Assembly: GCF_000150275.1 (NCBI RefSeq)
Contig: NW_002060945.1
Coordinates: 1,368,199 to 1,432,198 of the forward strand
Direction of reading: 5' to 3'
From: Trichoplax adhaerens
Taxonomy: Eukaryota > Animalia > Placozoa
Length of the DNA stretch: 64,000 nt
The notes below the pieces were generated by a model. That model ran no database searches. It was not told where the DNA came from and worked only from the letters and a program-made list of their open reading frames with translations. Shown here piece after piece: positions 52,617 to 64,000 of the stretch. Numbering within the stretch: the stretch's first letter is position 1; each line of letters opens with the position of its first letter. Made by a program: the position numbers and the translations under genes.

Positions 52617-53510
52617 CAGGTTTACATATTTATACAATTCAGTAAAAGGTACATATACTCGTGTATCACTATTGCAACTTACGGTTATCTTTTATGTGCT
52701 ATTTGGGAGAAACAACACGTTTAGAAAATAAAATAACTAAAGAATAAAAAATTAATTACTAGATGTGTAGATTCCACTTTGTTGGAGATTGTCCAAAAAT
52801 GCATTATTTTGACTGTAATAATATTATAAGGTCATTTTAGCAATTGAAGGAAAGATTGCGTTATGATGTACGTACTAGCCAAGACATGGATTCAATGTAG
52901 AATTAAGTTTCTTACCGCAGCACCGTATTAAACCTGTGTGTATAAAGAGCACTGATAATATTGTGATTAGCGTTATGTGCGAGTGCGTAGTAGTCTTATG
53001 ATACTATTTAATAAATAACTATTACCTATTGGATTATTGGCCCACAACTAATTAATCTTAAGTTGAAAATTCATAAAAATTGTGCGACTAAGTAAAACGT
53101 CATACTTGCAATTCTTGATAAAGGATTTGGAGGAGAAATTTCATTACTTTTGATCACTCATGAAAACTAATACACCTTATATTCCTAAGCAATATTCAAT
53201 ACGATACGTACTGTATATAACTAAATTTAAATACTAGAAACACAAGACTCAAGGCGTGATAGCGTCGGAGAATAAGTTTATTTATTAAAAAATGGAGTAC
53301 TGTATGTTCAACATACTGTATCTAGTTCAGTGAAAATAAGAAAGCGTTTGAATATCTCAGTATCTTAACAGTAAAATCTGCAAAAGTAAACTTTTCAATC
53401 CTGCGTTTTGTATGGCAATTTATAGCTTATATTTTCGTTATAGCAGAATATACCATCATGATAATTTGCATCTACTCTATATTATACACGAATAATAACA
53501 TAAATAGTTT

Positions 53511-56065
53511 TCATGATTTTTTCATATCTTTAATAGTAACATCACAAACTAAAGCCAAGTGGTCAGATGGAGCGTTGGGTGATGGCAAGGCCTTATCTCT
53601 TTTGATTTCATCTTCAGTTGGGAATGGGACAACTTGCTTAACATCTACGTATTCTTTTTCACCAAATATATAATCAAGAGTTCCTACAAAATCCTGAACA
53701 TAATTTGTGAACTGAGGTATACCACATAAACTATAGAAATCAAAGGCGTTATCAAGTACTAAATCGATTGGCTTCCATCGATCTGCGGTTGTTGGGAAGA
53801 AATGCTTTTGATGCTTTTGATGAGTAGTAAGTAACTGATAAACATTAGAATTAGGAATACTATTGAAATCGCCACATAATAGAATGGGAAGAACATCTGA
53901 AATAACTAATGGAGATATGTTCACATTAGACTTTTCAAGAAAGCTATGATTCTACTAGGCTTAAATACAACAATAGAATGACTTTTACTAAATTCATACA
54001 AGTATAGAAAATTACGTAAAGATTAGTTGATTCAATTATAACATAGTGATGAATTACGTACCTGTAAATTTATTGCGAATTAAATTCAGCTGGTGTAATA
54101 CAACAGATGCTTGGACTAAGCGTACTTCCGGTAGCATAGGATTGGCATACAGATGTGTATTGCCAATACAAAATAATTTATTAGGTGCTTCTCGCCATCG
54201 AAAAACACATGCCATAGCTACATTGGGTAAATTAACGCATTTTCTCTTTAATTGTGGATGCTTCTTGATTTGTTTAGCTAGGTGACCTAGGCTTTCATCC
54301 TATATAATTTGTAAGTAAGGTATTATACATATATGTTAGTGTTGCAAAAATGCAATACAGTATAAGTTATAATTTTCGATACGATGATATTTATCATAAA
54401 TCGATAATCTCGTAAATTATAAGAATGTGAAGTACTACTAACTTTAACTAACATGCATATCATAAAGTATAGGTACTGATATTCCTAATAATAACGCAAT
54501 CGCATACGGCACAATTTTCTGTACGATAGCCTTAATTATTATAAACCAAATGATATATTGTAACTTGTAAGAGTTTGCAGAGCCAATTATCGAAATTAAC
54601 GTATCTCGTGAAGGAAAGGATATAAATATGTTATGCAATGATAGTGAGTGATATTCTATTCCATTGCATCAATAAATGATTCTATCAGGATACATTGCAA
54701 TTTCTTAGCACAGAATCATTCGTCATCAGTAGATCATGCTGTAGCTTGCAAGAATTTACGCATTTGGTCAATGTAAAGGAATTCTGTGTATCACCGTTAA
54801 TTATCAATTAAATTAAATCATGTTATAACTTGCATGTGTCTGCATTGCCAATTAAGCTTTACGGATATATCTTATAAAGTTAAGGTGTGTATAATCCATA
54901 CGGTAATGTAGTAACATGTGTTGCGATTATACTATACGATATCACTCATTTTATAGCAACAAAGTTAAGTCATAACTAGCAAGAGGATGAAAGAATTTAC
55001 CTTAAGTAATAAATCTCGTAAGGCAAAGGTATGCAATGATAATAATTGAAATTTTGATCTATTATACAATAACGCAAGGCCTTCTTTAACCTCTGCCTTT
55101 TTAAAGATATGATTCCCAGAGTAACCATGAGTACGCATTGCAGGCAGTATGACATTTTGTAATAATTCTTTGTCGCATTCTTGAAGGCAAATTATATCGG
55201 CATTATACCCTACTAATTCATCTATTATTAAGGGCAATCGATAGGAATATCGAAGATATCTTGGATTGCAATAGCGAAATACATCATTACTATATCCACT
55301 CGATAGGATGTTATAAGAGACGATCCTAAGATCACCAACAACATCTAATTTTGATTGAGTAAATTGATATCGTTGGCGAGATAAGCATCGAATAGGGCCA
55401 TAACTAACAGGTATATTGGATTGAATAGTAACAGCATCACCATAATTGTCCTCGTGCCGAGGTGTACAACGTAATTTTAATCGTTGGCCGAAATCACTAG
55501 GTTGTATTTTATAATGGATATTATCACCGACTTTCTCCCATGATTGTTTACCATTTTTTTGCCTACTAGAAAACCATTCATAATGAGATTGTTGGACACT
55601 GCTAAATTCCATCTTTACATTGGGAGCAATTGTAAAGCCAACAAATACGTCGGTATCAGGAAATTGCAATGAAACAATACGAGGTGGATTAACTTGAACT
55701 ATAAATTGTTTATTATCTAATTGTAAGATATGGCCAGTTTCCCATGCTTCAACATTAGGTAATCGACGTATAATATGAGCTGATGTTTTACCGTGCAATA
55801 ATACTGGCAAAGTGGTAGAAGCTACATGTGCAGCTAAGCCTTTTTTCATCCTAAAATAGTAGCCAGCAATGGTATCTAAGCCATGCTTTAATTCCGCTTC
55901 CTTGTCCACGGAGACATTAAATAAAGTTCGACTGCCATCACGCAATGTAATCAACATCATGGAGAGCTGATGCTCTCTTGCAACCACAGCACGTAGTCTA
56001 GGCGGCTGAGCACGATTTGCCAGCCATCTTCTTGCTATTCTCATCCACTGCATCCTACCATTCAT
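53511..56065 (-). CDS. PDE12: PDE12-like 2',5'-phosphodiesterase / deadenylase (EEP family), copy A, 3 exons
   Basis: Exons 56065-55001, 54299-54062, 53896-53511. Arg-rich presequence-like N-terminus, VNPP..LKLRCTP N-domain, SYNIL, GYNADIICLQE, NTHLY, CGDFNS, FTNYVQDFVGTLDYIF, PSDHLALVCD. Confidence 0.9.
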
Positions 56066-56556
56066 TCGTTTACTTTATTCGCTTAGGATATCAATCCAAT
56101 AGCAGGTGAAAATAAAGTATCAACTCCTGTGATCACCAATACTATGATTAAAATAGTGTAATAGCTTATAATTTCATGGATAGTTGCTGCAATGAGATCA
56201 ATTGAAGAGGATAAAACGAGCTAGAAAATAACTTGAAAATATTTACCGATAGCTGCAAGACGACACGATGAGAGAATGTTGCCCGAGCAGTTGCATCCAG
56301 TCCCACGAACGATATCGTGTCGCATGTAGTATTCACCCGCAATGGCATGTCACCCGTTGAGTGGACAGCTGGACCGCGCAGGCCTTGTAGTCTTCGTGTA
56401 TGTTGAGTGGGGAATAGGTAAAAAGTTATGTTAGTCTTGACTGGATGGCGACTCATGTTTGAGTAGTACTACTCCGTCGATTACAGTGTACAGTACAGAT
56501 AAACAATTTACACTGTACACTGTATACTGTACAATTTCTGGGTAAAGATGACTCCA

Positions 56557-56687
56557 TTTTGACTAAAATCACGGTAGGCTTTCGATGGTCCTTCATCACA
56601 TCAAGAAATAACTCGATTTTGACTAAAATCACTTAGGCTTTCGATAGTCCTTAGCCACAGCAAGAATTAACTCGATTTTGACTAGGA
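56557..56687. repeat. Tandem repeat of about 60 bp (2 copies plus a partial)
   Basis: ttttgactaaaatcac..aggctttcgat.gtcctt..caca.caagaa.taactcgattttgacta. Confidence 0.8.
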
Positions 56688-56965
56688 TTGAGTAAACAGA
56701 CTTTCGAGCAGCAGGGTCGTTTGTCGAGTCCCGTTGCCCCCCGATCGCAGGTGTATCGTATACTGTACTATTTGTCTATTTCACTATTTTTACTTTTTCA
56801 GAATCAATTAATTATAATTATTGAGAGCCTAGAGCTAGGAGTAAGAGCGAATCATTCATTGATTCATTCAATACAATTTCTGTTCTGCAGTTGGAGTTTT
56901 CTTCGTGTCGAATAAATTGGATTTGATCGTAGTCGCCATACTGGCCACAGGACAGCAATGCACTT

Positions 56966-57705
56966 GTATACAGATATCCTATATAATAATTACTGTTAGC
57001 ATAGAGTCCGGGTTACAGCATTGCTGCTTAGTAAACGAGGTGATAAATAGACTATGAGGAGATCAAGGCATCCACATTCATGAGTATGCAGATATCCTAT
57101 ACAATAATTACTGTTAGCGTAGAGTAAGGGTTACAGCATTGCTGCTTAGTAAACGAGGTGATAAATAGACTGAGGAGATCAAGGCATCCACATTCATGAG
57201 TATACAGATATCCTATACTACAGTATACAATAATTACTATTAGCGTAGAGTAAGGCACACCGTTGCCGCTTAGTAAACGAGGTGATAAATAGAAGACTAT
57301 GAGGAGATCAAGGCATCCACATTCATTCATGAGTATACAGATATCCTATACAGTAATTACTGTTAGCGTAGAGTAAGGCACACCGTTGCCGCTTAGTAAA
57401 CGAGGTGATAAATAGAACTATGAGGAGATCAAGGCATCCACATTCTGAGTATACAGATATCCTATACTATAGTATACAATAATTACCATTAGCGTAGAGT
57501 AAGGCACATCATTGCCGCTTAGTAAACGAGGTGATAAATAGAAGACTATGAGGAGATCAAGGCATCCTCATTTATGAGTATACAGATATCCTATCCAATA
57601 ATTACTGTTAAAAGCGTAGAGTAAAAGAGTAAACACCATTGCCGCATAGTAAACGAGGTGAAAAGTAGAAGACTAGTATGAGATCAAGGTATCCACATTC
57701 ATGAG
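56966..57705. repeat. Minisatellite of about 115-130 bp, 6 copies, between the PDE12 paralogs
   Basis: Repeating cagatatcctata..aattactgttagcgtagagt..ttgc(t/c)gcttagtaaacgaggtgataaatag..gaggagatcaaggcatccacattc. Confidence 0.93.
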
Positions 57706-57844
57706 GTTATTATTATAGGTTGGGACACCTGATTGATCAACCTACTAGAGATTGGTATCCAATATAGCGTGACATTGGACAGTGTCAGCTGCTGTGCAGA
57801 GATACCGTAGTCCAGGTAACCTGGTGAAAAATTGCTATTGCATC

Positions 57845-58610
57845 TGTCATCGATCTGTGCAAGCACTAGCTAACCTCAGCCATATTAATCGATTGATGAC
57901 GATCAAAATCGATAGGCAAGGGTTAAGCAAGGATAAAATCCATTTATCTGTGTTGTATTGGACCTCAAGTATCAGCTTACTGTAATTCGTAGTCAAATAC
58001 CTTTGACGAGTAGCCATCCGTATTTGGTGTAGCAATTGGATTCAGCGTAGCTGCTGCATGACCCTATTGATCAGCTTAATTCTAGCCTGGTAAAGAATTG
58101 CTATTACATCGATCTGTGCAAGCACTAGCTAACATCAGCTACCACATTAATCAATTGATAACGATCAACATCGATAGGTAAGGGTTAAGCGAGGATAAAA
58201 TCCCATCTGTCTGTGTTGTATTGGACCTCAAGTATCAGCTTACTATAAATCGCAGTCAAATGCCTTTGACGAGTAGCCATCCGTATTTGGTGTAGCAATT
58301 GGATTCAGCGTAGCTGCTGCATGACCTTATTGACTGGCTTAATTCTAGCCTGGTAAAGAATTGTTATTACATCGATCTGAGCAAGCACTAGCTAAGATCA
58401 GCCGCCACATTAATCAATTGATAACGATCAACATCGATAGGTAAGGGTTAAGCAAGGATAAAATCCCATCTATCTGTGTTGTACTGGACCTCAGTATCAG
58501 CTTAAAATTTTGATCAACTACTTTTTACCAGTAGACATCAGTATTTAGTGTAGCAATTGGAATTGTTGGATTCAGCGTAGCTGCTGCATGACCCTATTGA
58601 TTAGCCTAAT
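57845..58610. repeat. Tandem repeat of about 260 bp, 3 copies, upstream of PDE12 copy B
   Basis: catcgatctg(t/a)gcaagcactagctaa at ~57848, 58107 and 58370; ggattcagcgtagctgctgcatgacc three times. Confidence 0.92.
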
Positions 58611-58713
58611 TATACCAGATATAGGAATCGACGAGATTGATTCATAGATAGATGCAATCTACAGTTGTTGTACTATAAATTGATGTACAAAGATAAACTG
58701 TTGTTATAGGACA

Positions 58714-60807
58714 ATGATGACTTTGAAGAGCAGATGCCACTTGCTATGGTACAACATCAACACATTAATTCGTCGACAGTTTTCAAGCCAGCTAGAGAAA
58801 AATCAAAACTATGCTATCGTCAAGACGTTAAATGATCCTAGTTCTATGACCATATCTCTGCATTATGGTGGAATCCAACAAAGTACAACTAGGAAACGAG
58901 ACGAAAAACTTCAACGTTGCTTGCAGCGTTTGCAAAATTCTCTGCAAGATAAAATTAGGAAAACAATCAAAGCGGAAAAAAAATCCATTGCAATATCAAT
59001 CGATCCTCATGTAATCAATAACAATAATCCAGTCAAGCTGCGTTTAATGAATAGTTCCGATCAACAAGTTGATGGAAATTGCCTCAATATTGATGCTTGG
59101 ATTTCCCATCACAAATTATATGTTGGCCAAATATCTTGCGATATTATTTTGAATCCAGCTGAGGTTTCAGCCCTGTCATTGCCTCGAATTATAATGACGC
59201 AGTGTACAATCTATCCTGAGATTCGATTAGAATCTTGTCAAATCCATCAATGTCAATTTACTTGGTATCGTAGTCGTCACCATCATAACCAAGGCAAAAG
59301 GCAGTGGATTAAAGTAAGCGACCAATACTCTTACATGCCTACTTCCAATGATATTGATTGTTACCTGAAAGTCAGCTGTAAATTACCTCAGCAAAATACA
59401 AGTGAGGTCGAAGTTATCAGCGAAAATCCTGTAATGACTGGCCCATCTTGTCATCTTCTGCAACAACGATTTCACTATACAGAGACAGCGACAACAAATA
59501 AGGAAATTAGGACCGTATCATATAATATATTAGGTGAATCTTATGTTGGATCAAAATATGCAAAACGAATATATCGAAATTGTCCAGACTATGCACTCGA
59601 TATTAATTACAGACAGCAATTACTAATGCGAGAATTAACCAGTTATAATGCAGATCTAATCTGTTTACAGGAGGTTAGCCATGAAACTTTTAATAATCGT
59701 CTTAAATACGGACTTCAATTCCAAGGCTTTCAAGGGTTATGGAAAAGTCGAGTTTTTGATAATAATGATGGCTTAGCAATTTTTTATAAAACGTCAAAAT
59801 TTGACCTCATCTCTCAACATGATCTCGACTTGAATGCCTCTATCCAAAAGGTTAGCAATACATCATTAAATCTTAATTTTTATAAATTTCTAAGATAAAA
59901 CTTGAATGAAGTAGAAAATATATGATGGTAATTCTAATTTTAACAAAATTATTCTTGAAATACAGCTTGCAAAGAGATTAGCTCGTGCTCTCACCTTTCC
60001 TTATTTTCATAGGATTCATATCAAGAAGCACTATTAAATTTAATCCGACCTTATGATCAACTAGTGCATGAAGTACTGAGTCGATCTAACGTTCTGCAAG
60101 TTGCTTTATTAAGAAGGAAGGAATGCAATGATCAGTTAATTTGTTTAGCAAATACTCATCTTTATTTTCGACCTTTAGCTGAAATTATCCGTCTCATTCA
60201 AATTCAAGCTATAACCAATCATTTATCACTCATATCGAAAAGCATTTCAGGTAGGAAATTGTTAAGCCTATTTATACCCAAAATAGAGGCGATATTACAT
60301 TTAGTAGGATATACAGTAGTAATGGTGTACATTTAGCTTACCTATAGTAGCAGAGGAAGTACAGAGTAAGGAGTGCTTTACATTGTATTTCTTAAATCTA
60401 AACTTGTTGTATTATAATATTTTACAGATTTACCTGTAATATTATGTGGCGATTTCAATAGTGCACCATCTTCTGATACCTACCAGTTTTTAACGAATGG
60501 TTACTGCAAAAGTCAATCTACTGCTGACGAAAGTTACTTATTAAAGGATGCAGCAAGTTTTGAATTTAGCCATAACTTAACCTTTGATGCATTATCACAA
60601 ACATTACACTGCACTCATCACACTACTAATTTTTCTGGGACAATCGATTATATATTTGGAAAACGTGGCTATTTTAATGTTAAAAATGCTATCCCTTTAC
60701 TGGAGGTTACAAATATCAATGCGAATCATGGACTACCGACGACTGAATTTCCATCGGACCATTTGGCAGTAATTTGTGATATAAGCATGGTACATCATCA
60801 TCAATAA
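58714..60807 (+). CDS. PDE12: PDE12-like 2',5'-phosphodiesterase / deadenylase (EEP family), copy B, 3 exons
   Basis: Exons 58714-59850, 60013-60250, 60428-60807, with the same intron positions and phases as copy A. Presequence-like IRRQFSS; SYNIL, YNADLICLQE, NTHLYF, CGDFNS, FSGTIDYIF, FPSDHLAVICD. Confidence 0.9.
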
Positions 60808-62534
60808 ATATTCGCAAATTTATAAAATGGAGTAGCAATAAATTAGATTTTGCATCATGTTAACAGCGATAATATATCGTATATGTGCGAATATTAATGA
60901 GTGATACATTTTGATCACAAAAATTATCCGTTGTGTATTACAAAAAGCCCAATTCAATTAACTATCATAACGCGAATTCAAACCCTGCCTCAATTTTTAA
61001 TTCTGATATTTGAGCATGTATAAAGTATCGCAACAATAACTATCGAAAATTTGATAAGCAATTTAAGGCAAGAATACTGAAAATTTGGAGTTAAATATCA
61101 TTCGAACTGTATATTTGCCTAACATATCATATCAACAAATACTCTCCGATTTATATAATTAACAACAAATTAATAAAATTTTTTGCATCATGCTATTAAT
61201 AACAACAATAATAATGTATCACAGCTAATAACAGGTGATCAAATAAATCATCAATGTATTGATGACTTATCATAACAAAGTTTTCATTCATTGCCGGTTG
61301 ATATTTGAGTGTGTAGACACAGTACTACACTAGATTATAGGTAAATAGAAATTACTAATCCATTGCCGTTAGATACATACTCTTATTACGTATGTAGCGC
61401 AGTTTGAGAAGCTATATTAAATTTCATTTGAGCTAGCACCTATTCCATTAAATCATACGATTTATTCAAAAATCGACAACCAAGTGATCTTTGCGAAAGC
61501 GCGAATTAGCCTTTATTTTTATGAATATACGCATAGTCATATCTCTACGTGACAATTACTAATCTTGTAGCCACTAAAACAGCCTAGCTACGTGTTATAA
61601 AAGTGTCATACCTATACTAATACGCGCATATTAATTTCTGAAGGATAGCAGGTCGTTCCAATTTTACATAATAGATTTTACAATCGTATACAGTTAGTAT
61701 TGCATTCTAGCATAGCAAATACAATCCTGTTCAATATCTCGTCAGCCTGCCTAAGACACAGAATTCACAGCAATACATTACCATATTTTTTTAGCAATAT
61801 AGTACTTATTTATATTATGTCAATAAAATTAATTCTATAAACAAGAGTGCATCTTCATTTTTGATAAGATTATACCTAATTATCAACAAACGGACAACAT
61901 AATGCAGTTGTCACTGCTAAACAGCCAAACTTTCTAGGAAAAAATTCATACTCAAAGTCTAACACTAAAATCACTGTTTACTAGTAGGCAAAACTCTCTC
62001 ACGTTAGTAAAGATACTAATTTGATTTTATGTATATCGAAATCCAATTACTAATTAAAGCAATCATTTGTACAAAGCGGACACCTGTATTGGTGTAATTA
62101 TGTAGTAGTAAAAAATGAAATACTACTATACCTAACCATGGCCTAACATGGATATAAAATATATATAAATTGAGCTTTACGAATTTTACCTTACATATCA
62201 AGCGAATTGTTGAAAAATGTTAACAGCAACCTTTATAAGCTTTAATAACATAACAACACGTTAGAATAAGTTAGTCTACAATATTGGTACTTGATATTAT
62301 ATATCGTGTATCATCGTTATATTTGAAAAGTGTTATCATTGCATTACATTCAAGATTTAAAAATAAGGGCAGTATTAAAAACTTTTGGTGGAAAATTACA
62401 AACAATAATTATACGACATGATCTCCTTCAGATCTATAACTACATATTTTTTGCATAATATTGCTTGTTAAAAACACATCAATAATACATGCTTAAGTAT
62501 TATCATATTATGTAGCTCCTTAAGTTTAATAATA

Positions 62535-64000
62535 CTACTGTATCAATAAAATATCCCTCATGATTGTACGATATTTTGTCATCTTGGAAATTGTAGATCT
62601 CGTATAAAAGGCAATCCATGTTTCCGCAGGGTCTTTAAGGCAAGCAACCATCTTAATCCGGCATGATACCACCAAAGGCATATTCTAAAGTGGTTGAAGG
62701 AAGTATAGTGAGTATATATTTTACACATGTTGAGAAAATGTGTGCATTTAAAAAAACAATATAATGTACACGCGTGTATGTTTACCATCAATTTCGTTCT
62801 CCTTTATTAAATTATCTTCCTCACTATCAAGCTGCGAAAAATAAAAATAAATAAGTATAAAAAATATCATCCATATCACAAGAATACAAGTTACTTTATT
62901 GTAACTGAGGGTTTACGTTACAACTCTTACTCGTGTATTAGAATTATATACTTTAACTTTATATATATCTATATTTTAAGATCAACATTATCATTGCTAA
63001 TTTTATTTGTTTCAGTACATACAGCTTCTAATTCCGAGGCAGTATAAAACCTTCCTAATGCCTTTCTTATAGGAATTAAAAATAGGACTAAGATTGGGAA
63101 CGCAATAGCTGCTGCTGTCAGTTTAACAATCCAGAGTAAGGTTAGAAAGAAAACTTGAACTAATGTATAAGAATAAATTTTACGCGTTGGCACCTAAAAT
63201 AGGGAAAAATACATAAAATCATTTTTTTACATTTACAAATGTAAAAGGGTTGATATTCAGACTGATCAGGAAACAATAAATCATAAATCAAATAGCGGGC
63301 CTTACATTTTTAACATAGATTTCGTTGTGATGCTTGAGCGGCATAAATAGTAATTTGAATCTTTTAAAAAGCTGAATTCCTGTAATAGATGCAATACCCA
63401 TATACAACAGCACACCAAGTATAACTGCATAGGGAATGACTTCAATAACTTGTGTAAAGTATAGTGAAATACCTACATCAAAAATATCAAACGCTTGTCA
63501 ATTTTTCTATCTTGAAAATAGTGTAACTTGTATTTATCTCACCCATAAGTACATGAATCAATAGTGCAGTTAATCTTTGCTCCCTGACATAAAGAACTTG
63601 GGGTTTTTCGCCCGGCGCGTAGCATTTACTATAAACTGTCAGGCTTTTTAAGTGCGATGCAGATCTAACCGTGGCTGAACACATCCACGGTAACCCAAAT
63701 AATGAAAAAATTCCAACGCAAAGACCATTTAACATTAAATCCAGATGGAAGCCTGAGCCCTTTCTCATTTTAAGATTCTTCTTGTTCATTAATAGTTCCG
63801 TAACTTCAATTTCCATAAATAGCAGTATACTTACAAGAGCAGCTAAAATAGATATAACTCATAATTACGCTCGATATCTACTTATAACTAAAAGATATTA
63901 ATGTAAATATACCTGGAATAAAAGCGGCAAAGATCCAACCAATTGATATTTTAAAAGGATTAACCAACCAACTATAGCGATAAGGTGATAAGGTTAAAAA
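62535..64000 (-). CDS. SLC4 bicarbonate/anion exchanger, C-terminal transmembrane exons (gene continues beyond the window)
   Basis: Exons >64000-63913, 63842-63543 (LLFMEIEVT, KGSGFHLDL, GLPWMCSATVRSASH, VREQRLT), 63471-63306 (GVLLYMG..GIQLFKR..MPLKHH), 63193-63022 (AIAFPIL), 62831-62786. The last exon and stop (~62632-62535) are tentative. Glu in FME and ATVRS are AE-like. Confidence 0.88.

Noticed and set aside
56966-57705. Regularly spaced repeats resembling a CRISPR array
   Set aside because: Whole units are repeated with no unique spacers, there are no cas genes, and the context is eukaryotic.

Overview
AT-rich eukaryotic DNA with short GT-AG introns and animal genes. The composition and gene structure fit a compact early-branching metazoan genome such as a placozoan, but that assignment is inference. 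Hand-assembled gene models in order: a 13-exon beta-catenin (+); three tandem paralogous secreted saposin-like (SAPLIP) genes (-) that the ORF track essentially misses; an 11-exon sulfite oxidase (+); CCDC103/DNAAF19 (-); an EGF-plus-transmembrane protein (-, 5' end unresolved); NBR1 (+); a head-to-head pair of PDE12-like EEP nucleases; and the 3' part of an SLC4 anion exchanger (-). Three signals stand out. (1) The sulfite oxidase has plant-type architecture: no cytochrome b5 domain, no mitochondrial presequence, and a PTS1-like C-terminus (SKI). (2) In all three saposin paralogs the first SapB domain has lost both partners of the C1-C6 disulfide. (3) The beta-catenin keeps DSGxxS but has Val at the T41 relay position, no lysine in its first 180 residues, F at Y654, and no PDZ-binding tail. 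Intergenic and intronic DNA holds many local tandem duplications, TACAGTA-type motif clusters near gene starts, and possible decayed LRR gene remnants. All exon coordinates were read by eye and need RNA-seq confirmation.
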